Made by a program: the position numbers and the translations under genes | Source of the DNA: a virus | Taxonomy: Duplodnaviria > Caudoviricetes | Direction: 5' to 3' (one strand) | DNA: 32,894 bases | Virus record (IMG/VR): IMGVR_UViG_3300014655_000241 | Coordinates: 1 to 32,894 of that record | Shown here: positions 1 to 8,743 of the stretch, piece by piece | How the letters are laid out: each line of letters begins with the position of its first letter | Numbering within the stretch: position 1 is the stretch's first letter | The notes under the pieces: generated by a model | The model's input: the letters and a program-made list of their open reading frames with translations, nothing else | What the model was told of the DNA's origin: nothing | The model's database searches: none

Positions 1-537
1 TCAAGCCAACACCTCCAGCGGACATGGGAACGTGACGTTGGCCTTGCACCACAGAATGTCCGGCTCGTTCTCCTGGCCGATACAGCCGTCGGTGTGCGTG
101 CTTCCGTTGGCGTAGTGCGACCGGTAGCCGTAGTCCTCGATGGTCTCGCCGGTCAGAACTTTCTTCTGACCGCCCTCCCCGTCGTCGACCATCTCGAACG
201 CCTTCCCGTCGTAACTCCCGTCAGGCTTGAGCGCCCACACCTCAAGGGTCTGGTGCGCGTCGGTGACGAGCTTGAAGGGCTTGAGCCAATACTCCGAGGA
301 GGAGTCGTCGATGCCCGTGATGGTCCAGGAACCGATAGGGAACGGGCGCGGCATGACGGGTTTACCGCGAGACCCGTCGGCGTTCTCGCTGTACTCCACG
401 TCAGCAGGGTCCTTCATCGACCGGGTGCCGTTAAGCTCGTTGCGCACCCGGGAAAATGCCGGGATGGACCGGAGCAGATTCCCGTCTTCATCGACGAAGA
501 CGAGCAGCCCCGTGCTGTAGCTGAAAGTTGACTTCAT
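1..537 (-). CDS. L,D-transpeptidase-fold (YkuD/Tlde1-like) protein, candidate endolysin
   Basis: 178 aa; PRPFPIGSWTI resembles the P-x-P-x-G-x-Y/W-x-I strand, and HYANGSTHTDGCIG resembles the His...[S/T]xGC catalytic motif; last gene of the late operon; ATGA overlap with the upstream gene. Confidence 0.55.
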   Translation of the reverse strand: MKSTFSYSTGLLVFVDEDGNLLRSIPAFSRVRNELNGTRSMKDPADVEYSENADGSRGKPVMPRPFPIGSWTITGIDDSSSEYWLKPFKLVTDAHQTLEVWALKPDGSYDGKAFEMVDDGEGGQKKVLTGETIEDYGYRSHYANGSTHTDGCIGQENEPDILWCKANVTFPCPLEVLA

Positions 538-1328
538 GATCCTCCTCCTGCAATTGGATTCGCGGCCTGGAACGCGGCAAACGCCGCCTGGGCCGCCTGT
601 GCTGTCGCCGCCGCCCGGATGGCCGCGTTAGCCGCTCCGAGCGTCTGGCTCACGTTGTACTTGAGGTTTCGCACCGCTCCCACGTAGGCCATGAAGTCGG
701 CCTGACTCTGGAACGCCACCGGGTTTGAGTTGATGTCCGGCCACGGGTATGGCCAGGTCGGGGGCTGGCCCAGGGCAATCTCCGTGAGGATTCCCGTGGC
801 GTCAGACTGGAGGTCATCCGAGAACCCGAACTGGATCGCGGCGCCGCCGCTGGGGAGAGTGAGCGAGAACCCCGCCGACAGGAGCGGCATAAGACAGGCG
901 TTGACCTGGGCGACCAGGGAGGTTTGAAGCGCCGCCAGCTGCTGGGCCGCCGTCTGCCCGGTGAGCTGGACGACGGTGCCGGGAAGCGGGTCCCCGGTCG
1001 GCGTGAAGCTCTCGGGGGTGCTCCCCCTGTAGGGCGGCGTCTCCCAGATTGCGTAGTCGTTGGAGCAGTAGCTGTAGAAGACCGAGAGCGTCAGGATGCC
1101 CGTTCCCGGGTCTCTGGTGCCACCGAGGATCGGGCCGGACGGATCGACCGTGACGAGCGACGGGTCAGCCTGGTATGCTTCGACGACCGTCAGGAGCGAG
1201 AGGACGCCGGTACTCACGTTGTATTCAGGAATCTGCCGGGTGATCACGATGGTATTTTCGTCGATGACGTCGATGACGTCGGAGACTGAGATTTGCAGAT
1301 TGTTGCAGGGACGAAAGTTGATGATCAT
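534..1328 (-). CDS. Tail-fibre-associated protein with DUF4376-like C-terminal domain (264 aa, true start MIINF at 1328)
   Basis: ATG at 1328 overlaps the upstream TGA (ATGA); C-terminal helical domain with WPDINSNPVAF and an Ala-rich terminal helix is typical of DUF4376/tail assembly proteins. Confidence 0.6.
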   Translation of the reverse strand: MIINFRPCNNLQISVSDVIDVIDENTIVITRQIPEYNVSTGVLSLLTVVEAYQADPSLVTVDPSGPILGGTRDPGTGILTLSVFYSYCSNDYAIWETPPYRGSTPESFTPTGDPLPGTVVQLTGQTAAQQLAALQTSLVAQVNACLMPLLSAGFSLTLPSGGAAIQFGFSDDLQSDATGILTEIALGQPPTWPYPWPDINSNPVAFQSQADFMAYVGAVRNLKYNVSQTLGAANAAIRAAATAQAAQAAFAAFQAANPIAGGGS

Positions 1329-2803
1329 TTCCACCGTCCTAAAACCGCCATGGAGACGTTGTACGTACCGCCCCCGGTAATATCCAAAGTGAAGCCGGTA
1401 GCTGACAACGCATAAAATCCCACGGTTGGACTGCCGCTTGAATTGATGATCACAGGGGCTCCGGGCGACGGCGTTGCAGAAAAATTGACAGGCCATGCGT
1501 AGGCGGTATTGTGAACGAGCGTCTGATTGATAAAGACGATCATTGTCCCGTCCGAGAACTGCACCGCTTTGCCGCTGGCGTTGGTGGTGTAGACCGGCGT
1601 CGCCTGGGAGTTGTTGACGATGCTGGTGAGCTGGGCAAACATGGCCTGCATCTGGTCGGTCAGGTCGGGCACAGGCTTGTCGAAGGTGCTGGTCAGCGTG
1701 TACTCGAGGTGCTGGATGTTCTCGACCACGCTGATCAGCCGGCACGTCTGCGTGATGTTGAAATCCTGCACCGTCACCAGGTCGCCGACGTTGTAGTCGA
1801 CCGTGTAGACGTAGGGCGAATAGGCCAGCGGGTCAACCTGGAAAAAGTTCTTGAACTGGTTTTGCGCCAGGATCTGGTTTCCCCATGCCGTCATGTCGGC
1901 GACAAGGGTCGGGTCCGTCTGCGGGATGGCCGAGGCGTCAACGAAAAGCTCGTAGCGCTGTTCAGCCGCCGGGATTCCCGTAGAGGGAAGCGTCACCATC
2001 GCCTGGAGGCCTGAGGACCCGGAACCGCGCACGTAGGCGAAGTTCGCGTAGTTGTCCTCCATGATGTCCTGCGTGACCTTCTGGCTGTCGTCGTAGGAGC
2101 TGGAGAACACGCACACCGGGTTGCCAGCAGAGTTGCCTAGATGCCGGTCAACGCCCAGCTGCACGTCGACCACGATCTGTCCCGTGCTGAAGTTCGGGTA
2201 CGCAACGATGCCCATTTGGGAGGCCACCGCGCAGTTCGACAGCTCGTCGAGGAGGTTCGTGTTCTGCGCCTGCACGATGTAGCTAGGATACGCGCTCTGA
2301 TAGCGGTTCTGGTTGGTTGCGACCGACAGGAGCGCAAAGGTCCGGTTGGTGTCCCTGGTGCCCGACTGGTTGAACGCCGTCGCTCCGGCCTGGTCGCTGA
2401 TCATCTGCTTGATGCAGTATTCCGGGTTCCCGCTGATGTTGTAGAGCGAGGTTCCCGCGAAGGGCACCATGACGCGCTGGTTGAACATGTGCCAGCACTC
2501 GAACCCGCTCACCGTGACCGTCTGGCCGCCTTTCCCGGTCTCGTCGAGCGTGTTGGAGACGTGGGTGACCTTGGCGAAGCGGTTGGGATCGTTGTTCCAC
2601 ATCACGTACAGCGGGTTAGTCTGCGGGTCGAATCCCCAGAAGGTCTGCGCGTTGGGCTTGTTCCAGTTGATGGTGAGATTGAACGACCCCGGCTTGTACC
2701 AGGCGTGCTCGAAGCTCGCCGTTTCGTAGTCGTCAATGTAGGCGACCTGGGAGAGCGACGAGTTGAAGACGGTGACTGGAATGTTCTGCTGGAGGGTGGC
2801 CAC
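1325..2803 (-). CDS. Siphovirus Gp37-like minor tail/baseplate hub protein with C-terminal gp53-like fibre module
   Basis: Probable GTG at 2803 just after the upstream TAA; motifs WYKPGSFNL, NFAYVRGSG, RYELFVDA and YTVDYNVGDLVTV; C-terminal SGKAVQFSDGTMI...WPVNF...AVLGRWK. Confidence 0.8.
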   Translation of the reverse strand: MATLQQNIPVTVFNSSLSQVAYIDDYETASFEHAWYKPGSFNLTINWNKPNAQTFWGFDPQTNPLYVMWNNDPNRFAKVTHVSNTLDETGKGGQTVTVSGFECWHMFNQRVMVPFAGTSLYNISGNPEYCIKQMISDQAGATAFNQSGTRDTNRTFALLSVATNQNRYQSAYPSYIVQAQNTNLLDELSNCAVASQMGIVAYPNFSTGQIVVDVQLGVDRHLGNSAGNPVCVFSSSYDDSQKVTQDIMEDNYANFAYVRGSGSSGLQAMVTLPSTGIPAAEQRYELFVDASAIPQTDPTLVADMTAWGNQILAQNQFKNFFQVDPLAYSPYVYTVDYNVGDLVTVQDFNITQTCRLISVVENIQHLEYTLTSTFDKPVPDLTDQMQAMFAQLTSIVNNSQATPVYTTNASGKAVQFSDGTMIVFINQTLVHNTAYAWPVNFSATPSPGAPVIINSSGSPTVGFYALSATGFTLDITGGGTYNVSMAVLGRWK

Positions 2804-2805
2804 TG

Positions 2806-3735
2806 TTAATCGCCCATGTAGTAGCCAACCATTGTTATTCGGCACTGGTCATCAACAGGCGTAGCGGACGCCAAAATGTACATATAGAACTGCCCTAGAG
2901 AATTGAGCGGTATGTCAATTTCATTTGTGATGATCATCGCGGCGTTGGATTGATATCCAGCGGCTGTCACCTCAGGGTGTGCGGAAGTTTGACCTGGATT
3001 GTTCGAATTGTTGTCTGAGAAACACACCGAAGTGGAGCAGGGACCCGGCGTCCCTGTCGCATATGCTTGAAGCGTAACTTTGGCCCTCACCGCTTTCGCG
3101 CCCGACGGAACGCCATAGAGTCCAGTCACTTGCTGGGCCGCAGTCCAGGTTCCGACCGACGGAAGGAAGGAAAAGTTTATGAACCTATTAGTCGTATTCC
3201 CCAGCGGCAAATGCCAAAGTTTTCCGAGGTAGTAATCCCCGTTTGTGTCATGCTGAGGAGCAAGGGCAGATCCATACAGGAGCGTCCTCACGTCCGTCAC
3301 CGTGGTCAGATTGGAGTTCGTTCCGTCGATGAGGACTTGGGCAATCGAGATATCCGTAGCGAGCGGCGAAGGCGCGGTCTGGCCGCCCGTGTTGGACTGC
3401 GTGCCCGGAATGATTGTCAGGTTCGCCGAGAGGTTCGTCGTATCGTCGAAGCGGACCACGACCAGGTCGATCCGCTTGTATCCGCTTGTCGGCGCCGTGT
3501 GCGTGAGCGCCAGGCTCGTGGTGTTCTTGTAGATGCGCCCCGCGAGCGTCGCCACTCCGGTGTTGTAGGTCGAGTTCAGGGCTCCCGTGGTGGTCGGCGC
3601 CAGTGCGTTGTCGAGGCCGCTCAGGACCCCCGAGGGACGGCCCAGCGCCTGGTACATCCAGTCCGCAATCTGGTTCGTGTTGTAGTAGTTGACCCCGGTT
3701 CCGCTCGATTCGAAAAAGTAGCTGATTTCTGCCAT
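2806..3735 (-). CDS. Baseplate upper/receptor-binding tail protein (309 aa, start MAEISYFF)
   Basis: SD GGAGA before ATG 3735; N-terminal RIDLVVVRFD/IAQV motifs typical of BppU-like siphophage proteins; lies directly after Dit; AT-richer C-terminal beta domain. Confidence 0.7.
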   Translation of the reverse strand: MAEISYFFESSGTGVNYYNTNQIADWMYQALGRPSGVLSGLDNALAPTTTGALNSTYNTGVATLAGRIYKNTTSLALTHTAPTSGYKRIDLVVVRFDDTTNLSANLTIIPGTQSNTGGQTAPSPLATDISIAQVLIDGTNSNLTTVTDVRTLLYGSALAPQHDTNGDYYLGKLWHLPLGNTTNRFINFSFLPSVGTWTAAQQVTGLYGVPSGAKAVRAKVTLQAYATGTPGPCSTSVCFSDNNSNNPGQTSAHPEVTAAGYQSNAAMIITNEIDIPLNSLGQFYMYILASATPVDDQCRITMVGYYMGD

Positions 3736-3746
3736 GATGGTGTCTC

Positions 3747-4637
3747 CTAGATTCCTTGGTACCGGTTTGAGAACGTGAGGCTGAGCTGAGCCGTGGTCGA
3801 GTTCGACGTGTCCGAAAACTGGATGTAGTTCGAGCCGACAGGGAGGCTGAAGAACGTCGATCCGCTCACCAGGTAGCCCATGGCGTTCACTGGCGCCTGG
3901 TTGAACCGGGTTAGCGTCACGGTCTTCTTGCCGAAAGCCGTGTTGAAGGCCACTTGATCGCCCTGGTTGAGCGTGAGGTTGAGCGTGATGTACTGGCCCG
4001 TCGTGGTGTTCTTGACGGTCGGGATCACGCAAGGCCCGGAGATCACGCAGGAGATCGGAGTCGGAGCGGTCCCGACGTTGGTCAGAAGCTGGCTCCTGGA
4101 GCCCTGCACTCCGGCGAAGGCGGCGCCGGTTCCCTGCGGCCACGCCCACCCGACGCCTATCGGCATCGCAAAGAGCGTGGTGACCTGAAAGAACCGGTAA
4201 GTTGCCGACGTCAGGTCGTAGTAATACGGGTCATCACAGGTGAAACCCAACTGATAGGCCTGCCAGGGCTGGGCCCCGGATTTCCAGGCGAACTTCGGGC
4301 CGGGGTTCGGGATGGCGTTGAGGATCTTCGATCCGAGGTTGTTCGTGACTGTCAGGACGCCGGGGCCCAGGTCGGGGTTGACGACAGCCTGGAGCGAGGC
4401 CCGGGCGGCGTCGATCGCGGCCAGCTGCTGGGCGAGCAGGATCCAGCCCGTGACGGTCACCTGGCGCGGGTTGAAGCGCTTGTCGATCCAGGTGTCACCG
4501 TCCTGGAACGGCGCCTTCTGGGTCTGGAGATCAAGGTCGGGAGCGTCGAGGCCTTCGTGCTTGGTGATGCCGTAGCTCGTGCCGGTCCCGAGCAGGACGG
4601 AGCCGCCGTTGGGGTTGGTGTACTGAATCTGCATCAT
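3747..4637 (-). CDS. Distal tail protein (Dit, Sipho_tail family)
   Basis: 296 aa directly after the TMP; motifs APFQDG, FTCDDPYYY, NVGTAPTPI and FFSLPVGSN. Confidence 0.85.
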   Translation of the reverse strand: MMQIQYTNPNGGSVLLGTGTSYGITKHEGLDAPDLDLQTQKAPFQDGDTWIDKRFNPRQVTVTGWILLAQQLAAIDAARASLQAVVNPDLGPGVLTVTNNLGSKILNAIPNPGPKFAWKSGAQPWQAYQLGFTCDDPYYYDLTSATYRFFQVTTLFAMPIGVGWAWPQGTGAAFAGVQGSRSQLLTNVGTAPTPISCVISGPCVIPTVKNTTTGQYITLNLTLNQGDQVAFNTAFGKKTVTLTRFNQAPVNAMGYLVSGSTFFSLPVGSNYIQFSDTSNSTTAQLSLTFSNRYQGI

Positions 4638-6715
4638 CGTAGGATTCCTTTGAAGCGCAGATCCTGAGCGACCCGGCGGAGCATGGCGCCGTGCTGGCTG
4701 GGGTTGGCTACTGCGGGGCTGTGGAGGTGGATGTGCGTGTCGCCGCCGCCGAGCATCCCGGCAGTGTCACCGGCAGTGGAGACGCTGGAGCCCTGCGGGA
4801 GATTGACCAGCTCGGGGCCGCGCTCGCCGACCAGGGCCGCGCCGCCGCCAGCGTAGGAGGTGCCCACCGCGAACGCCGGGATTGCACCGGCAGCGACGAA
4901 GGCGGCGGCGGCGCCAGCCAGGTCAAGGCCAGCCTGGCCATAGTTCATGTCGCTGGCGTCCTTCACGGCGTCGGCCATGAGCATCTCACCGAGGGCGCGG
5001 ACAATGGCCGCCAGAGCATCCAGGCCGATTTTCTTGAGGTTCGACCAGCTCGCACCCTGGCCCTCGAGGGACTGGGCAACGTCCCCGCCGATCTCGGTGA
5101 ACGCGGACGAGAAGGAGCTCTTCATCCCGGTGAGAACCGAGGCCGCCACGGTGCCCATGTTCTCGTTGCCTGCGCTGATCTCCTCGAATACCCCCGTCCA
5201 GCCAGCCTTGATCCGCTGGTTTGTCTCGTCGTGCTGCTTGGCGATCATCGCGTCAAAGGACTTGTCAGCGGCGGCGTTTTCCTTGTCCTGGGCCTCCCTG
5301 GCCTTCGCAGCGTCCTCGTCCGCTTTCTTCGCGGCCTCGCTGTCCTTGATAAGCGCCTGATAGGTCGCATCATGGGCATACCGGTACTCGGTTTCCTTGT
5401 CGATCTGAGTCTGAACAGCGGCGTTGATCTTGGAGGCATAGGACGCCTGAATTTCGGCGATTGCCTCAGCCTTCGCGGCGGCCGAGATCTTGGCCTTGTT
5501 GACCTCGTCGATCCTGTCCTGCTCCTCGTCCTGAAGCCGTTTGACTTCGTCGGTTTCAAGCTCCTCGCCGAGCTTGTCCAGATAGTCCTTGCTCTCCAGG
5601 GCAAGCGACTTGGTGTTGTCGGAATCGGACTTTACCGCCGTCTTATGGGCCTCAAGGTAGGCTTTGCCCTTGGCGTCCATCTGTGCCCACGTGCTTTCCA
5701 GGGCCTCAGTGATTCCCTCCTGCTCCTTCTTGTAGTTGGAGCTGAAGTTGGTAAACGAGTTGAGGATGGTGGCCAGCGCCTGGTTCCATGTCTTCATCGG
5801 CCCCGAGATTCCCTCGGCGATCTTCGCGAAGTAGTCCTCGGTGGCTTTGTTGAGCTGGTCCTGGCTGCCCTTGAGGGTGTCCTCCTGCATCTGGGCCATC
5901 TGGTAGAACTTGCCCCCGGCGCCGGTCATGTCCTCGAAGGCCTTCTGGACCATCGCGAAGGTGACGGCGCCGGTGGCGACGTACTGCTTCAGGGCCTCGC
6001 CGGTCAGGCCGGTCTGAACGGACAGCTCCTGCCAGATGGGAATTCCTTCCCGGGCCATCTGGGTGATCTCCCGGGAAGACGCCACCCCGAGGTTTTCGAT
6101 CCGGGCGTAACTCTCGGCGAGGTTCTGGATGGGGATGCCAAGACCCGCCGCCACGTCGGTGAGCATTCCCATGGCGTCGGTCACGTCGCTGGTGGACATG
6201 CCCATGGCCAAGAGCGTGCGCTCGGCGGCGTACAGGTCGGGGAAGGCGAAGGGAGTTGACTTCTCCAGCGCCTCGATTCCCTCGAGCGCCTGCTGGGCAA
6301 GCTGGGTTGAGCCCGTGAAGGCCGTCATCGTAATGACCGCGTTTTCCAGCTGCATGGTCTTGGTGAGGCCATCGTTGAAGCCGTCTGCGATTGCCTCCAC
6401 AGCCTTCATGGCCACCGCAGCAATGGCGAACTGGCTGGCCATGTCCATCAACACGTCGTCGAAGGCCTTTCCAGCGTCGAAGAGCTCGCCAAGGCCGCCC
6501 TTGAGCTCGCCAACCTCGACGTTCGCGCCGGCAGTTGCGTCGCCGAAACTCGCGGCCCCGACCGACAGCTGCGCAAAGGCTTCGGTGCCCTCGCCGCTCA
6601 CCTGCTCAAGGTTGGCTCCCCATTGGTCCAGGCCATCGGTCACGGACTGGAGGGCTGAGAGCATCGGCGAGGCGTCGCCGGTGATTTTTGCGCTTACTTC
6701 GTAGGCATCGCTCAA
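4634..6715 (-). CDS. Tape measure protein (693 aa)
   Basis: TTG start with SD GAGGGAG; tape-measure domain TPFAFPDL...GIPIWQEL...GGKFYQM; helical and Ala-rich; C-terminal PAFAVG...LVGERGPEL. Confidence 0.92.
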   Translation of the reverse strand: MSDAYEVSAKITGDASPMLSALQSVTDGLDQWGANLEQVSGEGTEAFAQLSVGAASFGDATAGANVEVGELKGGLGELFDAGKAFDDVLMDMASQFAIAAVAMKAVEAIADGFNDGLTKTMQLENAVITMTAFTGSTQLAQQALEGIEALEKSTPFAFPDLYAAERTLLAMGMSTSDVTDAMGMLTDVAAGLGIPIQNLAESYARIENLGVASSREITQMAREGIPIWQELSVQTGLTGEALKQYVATGAVTFAMVQKAFEDMTGAGGKFYQMAQMQEDTLKGSQDQLNKATEDYFAKIAEGISGPMKTWNQALATILNSFTNFSSNYKKEQEGITEALESTWAQMDAKGKAYLEAHKTAVKSDSDNTKSLALESKDYLDKLGEELETDEVKRLQDEEQDRIDEVNKAKISAAAKAEAIAEIQASYASKINAAVQTQIDKETEYRYAHDATYQALIKDSEAAKKADEDAAKAREAQDKENAAADKSFDAMIAKQHDETNQRIKAGWTGVFEEISAGNENMGTVAASVLTGMKSSFSSAFTEIGGDVAQSLEGQGASWSNLKKIGLDALAAIVRALGEMLMADAVKDASDMNYGQAGLDLAGAAAAFVAAGAIPAFAVGTSYAGGGAALVGERGPELVNLPQGSSVSTAGDTAGMLGGGDTHIHLHSPAVANPSQHGAMLRRVAQDLRFKGILR

Positions 6716-6957
6716 AGCGTCACTCCCTCAAACGGGTCATAGTCCCAAGGCACGCCGGGCGGCGCATCACCCTCCAGGGAACCCCCTCGGATCAGGTGCG
6801 CGAGGACCTTCATCCGGTCCACCGTCTGGCGCTGATTGGCCGCGAGCATGAACGCCAGCTTGCGGAGGCTGGCCGTCCAGAACTCGCGGTCAGAAAGGCG
6901 AAGATCAACCCGAGCCGAGGTGTAGAGGGCTTCCCAGTCGTAGGGAACCCACTTCAC
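6712..6957 (-). CDS. Tail assembly chaperone T segment (gpGT C-terminal part)
   Basis: Fills the gap between G and the TMP; WEALY...LRLSDREFWTASLRKL is a typical T-segment motif; its open frame overlaps G in the -1 frame. Confidence 0.75.
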   Translation of the reverse strand: MKWVPYDWEALYTSARVDLRLSDREFWTASLRKLAFMLAANQRQTVDRMKVLAHLIRGGSLEGDAPPGVPWDYDPFEGVTL

Positions 6958-6965
6958 CGCGTCGC

Positions 6966-7328
6966 CTACTCGTGAGGGTCCTTCCTGGGCCCTCCTGCTT
7001 CGAAGGCCTTGGAGATCTTCCGGGAGACCTCGCCCAGCTCGCTGGGGTGCAGCGCCTTCATGACCTTGAACACGCTCCAGCCCGAGGTGTCGTTGCCCTC
7101 GTCGTCGGGACGGTAGAGGCCCGCATAGACGAACTCGGCCATAGCCTCGATGAAGTCGCCCGAAAGCCGTTCGAGTCCCGCCTTGCCGTTGCCCGAAGCG
7201 GTCTTCAGGAACTCGGGCAAGTCGGGGTGCTTCTTGGTCAGGAAGTGAAGGCTGGCCAGGGTGTATTCCAGCTCCAGCTCTTCGCCCGCCAGGGTGATCG
7301 TGACGGGCGGCTCCTTGATGATGTCCAT
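6966..7328 (-). CDS. Tail assembly chaperone G
   Basis: 120 aa after the major tail protein; SD AAGGAG; N-terminal ITLAGEELELEYTLASL typical of TACs. Confidence 0.8.
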   Translation of the reverse strand: MDIIKEPPVTITLAGEELELEYTLASLHFLTKKHPDLPEFLKTASGNGKAGLERLSGDFIEAMAEFVYAGLYRPDDEGNDTSGWSVFKVMKALHPSELGEVSRKISKAFEAGGPRKDPHE

Positions 7329-7341
7329 GAAAACTCCTTTT

Positions 7342-7370
7342 CAAGACCGGGGGCCGGTGAAGGCCCCCGG
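7342..7370 (-). terminator. GC-rich hairpin after the major tail gene (weak terminator or mRNA stabiliser)
   Basis: Perfect 9-bp inverted repeat CCGGGGGCC (7347-7355)/GGCCCCCGG (7362-7370), followed on the minus strand by only TCTTG. Confidence 0.6.
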
Positions 7371-7377
7371 GTTTGGG

Positions 7378-8343
7378 TTAAGCGTGGGTCGTGACCGAGC
7401 CCGAGTTGTAGGCCGACAGGGCGACGCCCGAGCCGTCCACGATCTGAGTCCCGGAAGGAACCACGACGACGACAGCGGTAGCGGCCACGGGCGTGGTGCA
7501 GGTGACGGTGATGGCCGAGTTCGAGAACCCTGTGCCGGCCGACAGCACCGCGTAGGTGCAAGCCTGGGCCGCGCCGCTGGAGAGAAGCAGGACCTGGCAC
7601 TGTGCCACCAGGGCGGCCAGGGTCGCCGCGGGCAGGGTGAACGGGATGGTGCCGCTGTTGGACGCCTTGCTGAAGGTGAACAGGAGCGTCTTGGTCGCGC
7701 CCGCGCCCGTGGTGACAGCCAGGGTGAAGGCCGAGAGGTCGGCGGTGTTGCTGAACACAGGCTGGTTGAACCAGTTGGTCAGGTTGGCCGAGGACACGTT
7801 GAGGTCGTCGGTGCGCGCCAGTGTCCTGTAGGCGGTCGTCGCCCACATCTTGGTGAACTCGCCCTTGAGGGTCAGGTGCTCGTATTTGAGCGTGTCCTTC
7901 TTGGTCTCGCCGCCTTCGTCGGGCTTGGCCAAGACGCCCTTGAGCAGCCACACGTACCGGTAGACCTTGTTCCCGTTGGCGTCCTCACCGGCCATCCACT
8001 GCTTGTAGCCCAGGGCCACGTAGGGGGCGGTGTCCACGCTGTTGTCCTGAAGGATGCCGTTGGCGTAGCTGGAGCCGGTCACCAGGGCCAGGCTCGAGGG
8101 AATGACGTCCTGAAGCTCAAGGTCCACCTGGATCTTGCCCGTGGTGGTCGCGCTGAACGCGGCGCCGTCGTCGGCGAAGTCGGTCGCCACGGTGCCGTTG
8201 GGCTTGAGCGTGAGCTTGGCCAGGGGCGCCAGCGGGACGGGCGTCTGCCAGGTCGGAGTCCCGCCGACGACGTCCGTCGAGATGTTCAGAAGCGCGACTA
8301 CCAGGCCTTCAATACCGATTGCCGGTCGAGTCGTAATTGCCAT
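7378..8343 (-). CDS. Major tail (tube) protein, phi13-like family, with C-terminal beta-rich extension
   Basis: SD GGAGGG; motifs FADDG, APYVALGY, YRYVWLLKG and ETKKDTL; about 110 aa Thr/Ala/Val-rich C-terminal extension. Confidence 0.9.
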   Translation of the reverse strand: MAITTRPAIGIEGLVVALLNISTDVVGGTPTWQTPVPLAPLAKLTLKPNGTVATDFADDGAAFSATTTGKIQVDLELQDVIPSSLALVTGSSYANGILQDNSVDTAPYVALGYKQWMAGEDANGNKVYRYVWLLKGVLAKPDEGGETKKDTLKYEHLTLKGEFTKMWATTAYRTLARTDDLNVSSANLTNWFNQPVFSNTADLSAFTLAVTTGAGATKTLLFTFSKASNSGTIPFTLPAATLAALVAQCQVLLLSSGAAQACTYAVLSAGTGFSNSAITVTCTTPVAATAVVVVVPSGTQIVDGSGVALSAYNSGSVTTHA

Positions 8344-8353
8344 ACAATCCCTC

Positions 8354-8743
8354 CTAAGAGATCAAGTCACTCGGCATCAAAGGCCGGTAGAACTCCATGT
8401 GCCGGTGCCTGACGTTGGGCGCCGGGTCCGGTATTTCCTGGTTCATCTTCATCGCCCAGTACTTCGCCTGGAAAACCGCCGCCACCGCCATGGCCAGCGG
8501 CGTGGGGCTCGCGCCGTTGTTCACGTACACGTCGACCACCACGACCGATTCGACGGCGGTCGGCAGCTCCTCGACGAACTCCGTGTCAACCTGGTTGTCC
8601 TCGCGGTAGAACACCGCCGGGAACGTGCTCACGACGCTGTCGGGGCGGCTGGTGAAGATCGACGCGGCGCCGTTTGGCAGGAGCGCCAGAAGCGCGGCGT
8701 TGGTCGAAAGCTTCGTGTAGACCCAGGTGTCGACGTCGATCAC
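8354..8743 (-). CDS. Tail completion/terminator protein (DUF3168/gp17-like)
   Basis: 129 aa; position before the tail tube gene; FPAVFY and VDVY motifs. Confidence 0.75.
   Translation of the reverse strand: MIDVDTWVYTKLSTNAALLALLPNGAASIFTSRPDSVVSTFPAVFYREDNQVDTEFVEELPTAVESVVVVDVYVNNGASPTPLAMAVAAVFQAKYWAMKMNQEIPDPAPNVRHRHMEFYRPLMPSDLIS

Noticed and set aside
1325-3735. Diversity-generating retroelement or invertible tail-fibre cassette
   Set aside because: No reverse transcriptase, no TR/VR repeat pair, and no invertase or flanking inverted repeats seen
534-4149. Extended N-termini in the ORF track (starts at 1745, 2845, 4149; similarly 7344, 9411, 18004, 28015, 28410)
   Set aside because: They overlap real upstream genes in another frame; internal starts with SD or stop/start overlaps fit better
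4691-6259. Long plus-strand ORFs (also 10890-12224, 14723-15829, 21358-22785, 31956-32876)
   Set aside because: Antisense shadows of high-GC3 minus-strand genes, with no recognisable motifs
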